64,000 bases of DNA from Octopus sinensis (lineage: Eukaryota): assembly GCF_006345805.1 (NCBI RefSeq), contig NC_043000.1:44392001-44456000 (forward strand), in the 5' to 3' direction. A model generated the notes under the pieces. That model was given only the letters and a program-made list of their open reading frames with translations, searched no databases and had not been told where the DNA came from. Position 1 is the first letter of the stretch. Every line of letters begins with the position of its first letter. This document shows, piece by piece, positions 54,949-64,000 of the stretch. The position numbers were made by a program, and so were the translations under genes.

Positions 54949-55559
54949 TATCAGTCTTTATATTACCACTAATATTTATTACATCCATTATTCCCTCACG
55001 TTTTTCCTTCAAATCTACATATTTTCAGGTAAGGATATATTTTATTCCATAGATTAACATTCGTCAAAATATGGAGTATTTTACTCCATATTTATATAAA
55101 GGCTCATAGAGAAATTTATGAAAGCGATATATCGCAATTCCATATATCCATATTTTATCAGTTATACCAGCGCTACTTCTGCAGCAATTACTCCCTCCTT
55201 CACTGCCGAATTCCATCCAAAAGGAGGCTACTGAAACAGTGCGTGTGAATGTATCTTGATTATATAGATTATAATAAACTGCTAAAGAAAATGAAGGCAG
55301 CATTGATACTTATGGAAAAAATAAATTGCGACATGCTTTCTTCTGTTACTTTCTCACTGAGTGGTAGAAACAAACAGCAGAAGAATATACACAATTATGT
55401 TACCGATTTTGATAGGAGGGATCTGAACGAGAAAGCGAGAAAAATTAAGTTTACAGAAGAGAGATTAAATGGAACATCAGAACATTTAGCCGTATATAAC
55501 GTATTCAGTTTCTACTCGATTGATTGAATAATATATTGCTTCCCCATATAAAGTTGATA

Positions 55560-55750
55560 TCACTGGTGCCAAGCTGTATAGCCCGTTGCGATTCCCTTGG
55601 ATAACATCAGCGGTGTGGAGAAAGGAGGCTGGTATGCAGAGGCGACTGCTGGTCTTTCATAAACAAACTTGCCCGGACTTGTGCCTCGGAGGGTAACGTT
55701 CTAGGTGCAATCCCTTGGTCATTCATGACAGAAGGGGGTTTCCTCCTCCC
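55560..55750 (+). mobile_element. probable 3' portion of another interspersed repeat (SINE tail)
   Basis: Sharply bounded GC-richer block (GGTGCCAAGCTGTAT...CTAGGTGCAATCCC.TGGTCATTCATGAC.GAAGGGGG); single copy in this window, so the assignment is an inference. Confidence 0.4.
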
Positions 55751-56619
55751 ATATAAAATTATATGTAGTAATACGTCATAACAAGAAGCGATACATATAC
55801 AGTAAAAGAAATATAAAGTAACGTCAGTTTATGTACACCAATTTTAGTTTGTATTTGAAACACTTTTCGTGGGTAGATCAGGATTCAGGATTTTACATAG
55901 GTTATCAACTAATATAATTGAAATAATGTGAACACTATTGTTTCTTTTATATGTTTAAATTCGGAATTTTCAAATATTGAAATTACGAAATATTAACTTC
56001 ATCATTTTGGTGACTATACAGCCTTGCTGCAAGGCACGTATAATTGGAGATTTTAGAAAAAAATATCAATTTCTTACTAAGAAGCCATGCAAAATGTCTT
56101 ATACTTATAATTTAGGTGTGATAGGTTGATGTACCGAACAGTGTAGCAATAACAGCTTCCATTGCATCGGTGGCAAAGTTCACAAGCAGCAGAATCAGTA
56201 ATCCAGGTTCAATTCTGTGGTATTGTCTGTTCCCAGGATATGCAAGAATTCCGTGATTTTATATTTCTGTCCATTTTCTAATTTCAGTGTATTTTAGAAG
56301 CTGTTGAAGAAATTTTGCACTGAGTGTTCTGTCAATGAAACAAACATGAACTAGATTATATAACTGAATGTGTAATGCATGTATTATTGCTAAGGTATCT
56401 ATTAGTACGTGATCGTGAAAATAATTACCCAATGGAACTGTTAGTTTTTGTTGCAATGTTTGTGTTACTGTCGTATAATTTCTGTCTTGCAGGCATATCA
56501 AAATCTTTGCAATATAACTGTCGTATATATTTTCATAATTGTAAATACTGGGTCATCCCAAAATATTGCGGTATACTTCTTTATTTTTCAAAATTAAGAT
56601 AAACAAACTTCTTTTTTAA

Positions 56620-56975
56620 TCTAAATTACTCTCCTTCATTTTCTATAATTCATTTCCATCTATTTCGTAGTCTTTCAAAGCCGTTCTTCCAAAGTTCAAT
56701 TGTCTTCCAGTACTTTTCTGACTTTGTCTACAGAATTCACATTTTTTCAATCCAAATGATTTTGAAGACTTCGGAATAAATGATAATAAAATAGGTCGAT
56801 GTCCGGCGAATATGGTGTGTGAAGCATCGTTTCCCGTTCAAACTGCTCTAGCCATTGGAATGTCCTCCTCGCAGTATGGAGTCAAGCATTATCCTGATGG
56901 AAGAACACCTATCATCTTGAAACCAAAGATGGTCGGTTTTCTTCTAGCGCTGACTTAAGCCGCTCAAGCTGCTCG
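56620..56975 (-). pseudogene. mariner transposase C-terminal fragment (second DD34D lineage)
   Basis: Minus strand YCEQLERLKSALEENRPSLVSR, VFFHQDNA, HTARRT, HTPYSPDI, YYHLFRSLQNHLD. Confidence 0.85.
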
Positions 56976-59900
56976 CAGTAATCTCCTTTGGGATCTTTTC
57001 TAAAAGATGGACAGAATTTCTACTTAACTAAATAATTTGAAACTTCGTATACTGGTAGTATGTGTCAAAAGAAAACATTAATTTCAACTAGTTTTTTTGA
57101 GAAAATTGTATTTTGTAACTTTTACGTAGTTTAATTCTTCGAATTTTAACCAATGAAATCCCAGCATTTGAGCTAAATTCATTTGCTGCGTCTAAGTAAA
57201 CAGCACACACATACACACGCACACGTGTTATTCATCAATCACTTCTGAGTCCTGTCTTCTGCAGGGGCTAGAAATAACAGCTATATCTCTTAAATCGATG
57301 AATTTCGTCGCCCAATAAAAATATTAAAGATATTTTTTGGACTTTTAAAACATGTTCGTATTTGTTCCGCCTTCGCAGGACATCAATTTTTTTTGTGGTT
57401 TCCACGCATTGTCTTGTTATTTCCTATAAAGTCATGCCTAACGCACCACTTACATACTTCACACGCACACACATACACAGCAAACACACACACGCACACA
57501 CATAAGTGATGCTTAAATCTCAGCGACGTCAAAAATGTGCGCAGATCGATGACTGCAAGAAATCCTGCTCTTCCCGGTGACTACCACATCTACAGCCAGT
57601 GACTTGAGGCTATTGAGCAGACGATCTTGCTTCCAGACCGACTCTAGGCCACTTATAATCGACTCTCAGATTTGCCGTTTTAGTAGGAGAGAAGTGTGAA
57701 CGCGTCATCTACCTTAGTAATTATACAGTATACCGAACGGATCGTCCGTTTCCATTCATACTTGGGGTACCTTGATGTTTCAATAGCGTATTGATAAATT
57801 TGATCAGGGCATCCGTACTTCATAGGGAGAGGAGTAACCATCTCTCATTATGTATTAAAATTTGAGGGTGAGTCTAATAATTTGTCGGCCTTCATGAATC
57901 GAAACCTCACCGTATTTTAAAGTCTTTTTCGTCGTCTCTATGGACCAGCTTTGAGCTATGGACACAGTTTATTTCTCACAGGGACGAAGTTGGGGATTGT
58001 TCCATTTTGTATTTTTGTGTAGGTTGAATGTTTAGTTGTTTTTGTTTTGTTTATTTGTTTTCTTTCTTTTTTTTGCTTATAGTACAGGTGGAGATGGTGG
58101 CGGGGATTGTCTGTATGTATGTGTATATCTATTTACATATATATTTATTCATATAGGTAGATAGACAGACATATATATAACTTGCTAGCTAGCTAGCTAG
58201 ATTGATTGATATATGGAAATGTTTGATTTGCAAAAGCGTAGATAGATATCAAATTTAAGAAAGCTTACAACTAATTACAGGAATTTAAGTATTCTGAAAC
58301 AGAAGTTATATTGTTTTACCACTGACTGTGGAAGGAAAATACTATAACGTACGGAAAAGAAGCTACTTTGATATAAACTACTGTAAAAGGAGCCACTTAA
58401 TATTGGGCAAATTTGTCATATATTTTACAGATAAATAAACCATTTCTATTACAATCTTAACTACGGATTATATCGAATGCGAAATTGGTGGTATTTAAGG
58501 AATATCCAATTTGGAAATACTTATATTTGAATAGATTTTCTTGGTGCTTCCTGAGAATTATATTCACTAATTCAGTTGAGATGCGTCTTGTTTTTCATTT
58601 TCTTTTAATTCCCTTACCGTTTGTGAAGTTGTAGAAGCACTAGTGACCTTTCAAGTACTTAGAAATAAAATGTAGGGATTAGAAAATTGGCTGTTGTAGC
58701 TACTTAGTGATGTAATTTCTGATATACGCTTATGTAAACCACTTTATCATATTGTATTCCAGCGTTTCAGTGGATACATGATGTATTATTGGATTATGCA
58801 ATGGAATAAGTGCCTTAGTAGAGAAAATGGGAAAAGGAAAGGTGAAATCATGTTCAGATCTGTTACGAAGATAGAATCATACTTGATAGGAAGATTCTTT
58901 GTCAGCTGTATATTTGACCCAGTAAAAAATAATGCAGTAGTGATAACCTTTTCGCTATGTTTGTGCTAGCATCTCCACGTTAAATATACATTTTGTGGTC
59001 TACATAAGTAATTACTCAATCATATATTACAAACTTTGCAATGAGGTTTAGGGGCTATCAGACCAATACAGAGAAAATCACAGTTTCAAAAGAGTTAAAT
59101 TACAAAAGATATACGGAAAAACAAAGTTGAATTGAAGAAAGGAACACTTGAAGCTAGCAGCTTTCTGAATTTTCATCGCTACTAGAATGTCTATATATAA
59201 ATCATATGCATTCTATATACTTTCCTATAACTCCAATTCCTGTATTTTACTGCACCCAACAAAACTACTAAAGCTGTTATGAATTTCTCTCATCATGATG
59301 ATCGAAATGGATAGGTTATAACTGCGATAATAGAACTCTATGAATTTCAAATCTCTGACTTTTCGCCTTTGAAGCTCATTCTTCGTAGCTTTCATCTTAT
59401 CAATTTTAATGTGATTTAGTTTGTGGTATACTTCCCCGATCAGTTACGTTATCCAGATGCAGATAACAAAATACAACTATAAAGCCTTGTACAATTACAT
59501 ACATTACATTTTCTGAGGTTGACCGCCTTTACCAGTAGTTATCAATGATAACTAGGCATTTCGTATAAAATCGGGAATTTAACAGCCTCTACGAGTTACA
59601 ATTACACACCAAGCAGCTGTATGTCCTATGGAAACAAAAATCAGTTATGCAGTAACAGTTTTGTATCTCAGATTGTCGCAAGAAAATACAATTTTGATCC
59701 TCCATGTTTAAATTTTTTTTTTATTTTATTGTCCGAAGCTCGTCCATATACTTTCCTTATATTTATATAAAACATGCAAGTACAGTAATTAAGTAGCATC
59801 TTACCAAATGTATAATCTTAAACTTCCTGCAAGCAACATCAACAAGTTTTCCAGCTAGTCCTTACTAACTAGCAAACCAACATACTAAAACAATATTCTG

Positions 59901-60309
59901 TACTTTTATACCTTTATCATTCCTATCGTGTCTATGTTACCAATGCTATGGAGACAAGAAGTTTACATGAAAATTGTATTTATTCTAGCGTTTTATGTAT
60001 TTTGTAGTTCTATATCATTTTTGTATTTGGATTACAAGATTCCTGAAATGAATTATGTTGTGTTGTGGGAGGGTCAATACGTCAGTAATAGTAAATATAT
60101 GCACCGGTTAAATATCATTCATTTATAGTTAGTCGATTGGTTAAATGTCTTACCATCTAATTAGTCAATGATTTCTTTAATATATGTTGTTCAGCAAACG
60201 ATCGATTAGTTTCATTAGGTATTTAAAGTATTGACTACCAATAAATAAGCTATATATAACCAGCGTATGTGCTTGTTTTCCTTGTCATTATGACCTTCCC
60301 AAGGAGGTC

Positions 60310-60340
<31 letters not shown>

Positions 60341-61599
60341 TAAGTCAGATTAATACTTTTATACGGTTATTTATAATTCTTTGTATTTATATTTCTCGTG
60401 TATTTTGTTGATGGAAGAGAAAAAACAGTTTTGGCGGCTTTACTATATATATATTAATCTAGATATGTATACGCACGTACATATGTATATATTTATGTAC
60501 ATACAAGTGAAAAATGATCTATACAAATCAAATGTTTATATATAAAAGATGGAGGTGGAAACAGCACAGAAGTAAATCTAATACATTTCAATTTAGGAAG
60601 AATGTAAGAAAATGATTTAAAAATTACATAAATAAAATTCAGAAAATTACCGGCTTCGATGATGAATCTCGTCTTATCGAATGTTAATAACAATTCAAAA
60701 AAGTTCGAAGTAAAAAAAAATGTTCTGTTTGGGTGTCAAAAACATTAAGTTTTTTCGTTGAAGTCACCTTCAAATATAGTTTGGTATAGAGTTCCAGGTG
60801 TTAGAGGGGTAATTTGTTTATTGTTCTAAAAAAATGTTTGTTGGTTCCTGCATTAAAATCATTTATTGAATGGGTTTTATGTCTACCTGCCCATGACCAC
60901 ACTTGTGTGTGAGTGTGTGTGTGTGTTTGTGTGTGTATTTGTGTTTGTATGTGTGTATTATTGTGTTGAATATCCTTTCAATATGTTTGGAATGTGACCA
61001 GCTGCCTGTTTATGGGAGCTTATGTTGTGATCAATGTCTTAATGAAACAAATACAATTTTACATCTTAGGGAATGATGTTTTCTTTTGAGTGTCTCCACC
61101 TGTGTGTATGTATATGTGTCCGTTTGTGTGTAATGTTTTAATTTGGTTGTCTCCGGATGTGCGTATGTATGTGTTTTCTGGGTAATGTTTTCTTTTGTAT
61201 GCGTATTATAAGTATTATAAGAGTAGATAGATCCAAAAGGGAGCAAAGTAATCATAGATAATTGGCTGGTTGGCTATGTACATCGGTGACTCTGCAAATA
61301 TATCAACAGATAGGCAAATAGAGATATTAATTTATATAGAAATAGATAGGAAGCTCAAACAACGTGAAATCAAATGAAAATAATCTCAATCGGTAAACAT
61401 GGACTGAGTTTCATTATTTCAACTATAAAGTACAACATATGTTCAACCATATAACATGAATGTATATATGCATTATCTTTTAAGTTCATATCGATCATAT
61501 TCGAAAGTACAGGTTGGTTAAATTGCAGGTTTCAAAAGGACTTTCGTTGAAAGTTCTTACTTGTGTGTAATATGTCAATGTTTTCAGATATGCAGACTT

Positions 61600-61900
61600 A
61601 TTGTTCATTCTCGAGCCATGCCTGACTCATAGGGGCCTGTTTCCCGGTTTCTTTGGCGTATATGTTCCCCACCTGGATGGGACGCCGGTCCGTCGCAGGT
61701 GAACTGTAAGATGCAGGCGGAATTAGTGAGAGAAAGTTGTAGCGAAAGAGTCATCAGAAGTTCGCCATTACCTTCTGCCGGAGCCGCGTGGAGCTTAGGT
61801 GTTTCGCTCATGAACACACACATCGCCCGGTCTGAGACTCGAACCCGACATCCCTCGACCGCGAGTCCGCTGCTCTAACTACTAGGCCAAATGCCTCCAC
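61600..61900 (-). mobile_element. SINE family C, full length with TSD
   Basis: A/B-box head at the right end; 12-bp imperfect TSD ATATGC(A/T)GACTT at 61588-61599 and 61901-61912. Confidence 0.88.
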
Positions 61901-61914
61901 ATATGCTGACTTGG

Positions 61915-62440
61915 AATTTCTATAGTTGGATTTAAATTTTGGCGCAAGCGCAGCATGCACACTGGAGGGTGTACGGCGATTACATCAACACCGATGGTAC
62001 AACTTTTATCGACTTCCGAAAAGATAAAATTAAAGTTAGCGTCAACCGAGGGGGTGGAAGTCGAAAACATCGACCTCTTTGCTTCCCTGATATTTATTTT
62101 ATTGAAACTGAAATGAGAAGAAAGGCAAATGCTGCCAGGGACATGGCAGCGTTTGAATTCAAAACGCAATGACTGGGAAAAGGCTGCGAAGTATTTTAGC
62201 TTAGCGTGTTAACGCTTCTCCCTCTACTCCCGCTAGTAATAATTATTGCCAATTAAATGCGGCGATCTTGCACAAAATTTGCTGAGCCGAGTAAAATATT
62301 TAGTCATTTCTTCCAGCATTTCTCGTTTCGAGTACAAATGTCATTATTTTAGTGTCGATAAAATGAATACCAGTTGGGAACTGTATTGAATGTAATCGAA
62401 TAACCCCACTCTACCAAAAAGTTCAATTTCCACGTTTATA
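61915..62440. mobile_element. cluster of diverged family A SINE copies in opposite orientations
   Basis: Minus-strand cores (CGATTACATC, TTTATCGAC, GAAAGGCAAA) at 61915-62230; plus-strand core (GTCGATAAAATGAATACCAG..GTAATCGA) at 62250-62440. Confidence 0.6.
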
Positions 62441-62854
62441 GAAGAAAAATATTATTAATTTTATTAGTAGTAGTTATTGTAGCATTCTACATATTGTTTA
62501 AAGTTTTATGAAATTTTGAATATAACCAGCTGCTACAATGTTAATCAAAATATTTAAATTACCGTATCCATTGAAGCAATTTTATACATAATTAAATATA
62601 CGCGCCTAAGGTATTAGATTTCTTGCAATAGTTTATCACCGATGCTACAATATCTGACTTTCATAAGAATTTATTGTTACAGTTGCACTTATAAGATATT
62701 CCAATTAACTATTGAAATATATCATATTAAAATTATGGAAGGTAATTTATAACGCCGCAAAGAAAGCGTAATTACTCAATATTTGCTCCAGTTTGTATTG
62801 CTTGGTTTTCGTTTTAAATAATTGTAATCCACGAGGTTCATATTTTGATAGCAG

Positions 62855-63185
62855 GTTTTGAAGGAGGGAAATCTACTACATCGACCGCAGTTCTTGACTG
62901 GTACACCCAGGAAGGATGAAAGACAAAGTCGACCACGTGGGAATTTGCACCCAGAACGTAAAGACGGACGAAATGCCGTTGAGAATTTTGTAGTTTGCAC
63001 GTCGGACAAAATGCTTAGCAGTATTTTGTCTGATTGTACGTCTGGAGTTTAAATCCCCTCCCCCCGGCAGACTTAAACCTTTATCGTCGTGGATTCGATA
63101 AAATAATACCAGTTGATTTCCGGGTCGATGTAATCGATTACCTACTTCTTAAAAATGTCTGTCTTTTTGCCTAAACGAGAAAGAA
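62855..63185. mobile_element. head-to-head pair of family A SINE copies
   Basis: Minus copy ~62855-62990 (GGATGAAAGACAAAGTCGACC..CAGAACGTAAAGACGGACGAAAT); plus copy ~62995-63185 (AAATGCTTAGCAGTATT..CGATAAAATAATACCAG..GGGTCGATGTAATCGA). Confidence 0.7.
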
Positions 63186-64000
63186 TTTATTCATAAAGGT
63201 GATACGAAATTATGATATTCAACCTATTCCCAAGTTATATGTAATGATCTTTTGATTAAACTCATTATAAAACTTTATGTCCTTCCTATTAGGATAGTTC
63301 CTGGTGTTGATGGTGGTGCTGTCTTTTTATCATATAATAAGAAAACCAGTGGTGTAAGCGTTAAACAATGATTATTCCATCTTCTCTCAGAACAATCCAC
63401 TCCTGATATCAAGTATATCATTTCTTTTCTATGATAAAGAGCTGTGATTTCATGGGGTATCAGATGCTGTCTCTAGGATATTGTCTGCCCAGTTGATACA
63501 TCTCCTTAATACGTCAAACCGTCAATATTTTCATTAGCAGAAAATTTCGTAGTGTGTAGCTGTTTTTTATATATTTACCCAATAGCAAACGTGTCAGCAT
63601 CTGTTCCATTCATAAAACAATAATTACAATTGAAAAGGAATTTGTTTTGGTGACATTTCAATATGAAATTGCAACAGAGAATACATTTTAAAAATGATTA
63701 AATGTGTAAGATGATGGCATTCTCCATGTGCACCACTGGAAAAACAAGTCATATTTTCCTTTTGACTGGTTCAGCATTAAAATAATCAAGACGCTAATAA
63801 ATTACGGATTCATGCAAACAATTTAATAAAAGTGTATTTACAGTCTGTTTGACATGACTACTGTATCCACTCTTTGGTTATATATTTTTAAGCAGATTTT
63901 AATTGTTATTTCTAGGCCTTTTGAAAGTTTTTGATCAGCTCACATTTACAATTCCGAAAATTGGATCACATACTACATTTTGTATCAGATATTAGGCAAA

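Overview
AT-rich, microsatellite-dense animal genomic DNA, most likely an octopus or other coleoid cephalopod (inferred from base composition, long (TA)n/(TACA)n tracts and the SINE families; not provable here). I can support no intact host protein-coding gene; most listed ORFs are microsatellite or chance artefacts. The window is intergenic or deep-intronic and dominated by transposon remains: four Tc1/mariner-superfamily copies (three with both TIRs, two of them with both TA target duplications), a hAT transposase fragment, two Penelope-like (GIY-YIG) fragments, a 5'-truncated R4/Dong-clade non-LTR element, at least three tRNA-derived SINE families, a ~540-bp element sitting in (TAA)n tracts, and a 1.09-kb tandem duplication. 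Most notable: (1) a ~145-bp piece of 28S rRNA embedded in a transposase gene; (2) a Penelope-like element with an inverted terminal copy and a degenerate type I hammerhead ribozyme; (3) a (TAA)n-targeted non-coding element next to a Dong/R4 element, a possible autonomous/non-autonomous pair; (4) a Penelope GIY-YIG segment fused directly to the Dong RT; (5) a pre-miRNA-like hairpin. All family assignments come from motifs recognised by eye; no database search was run.
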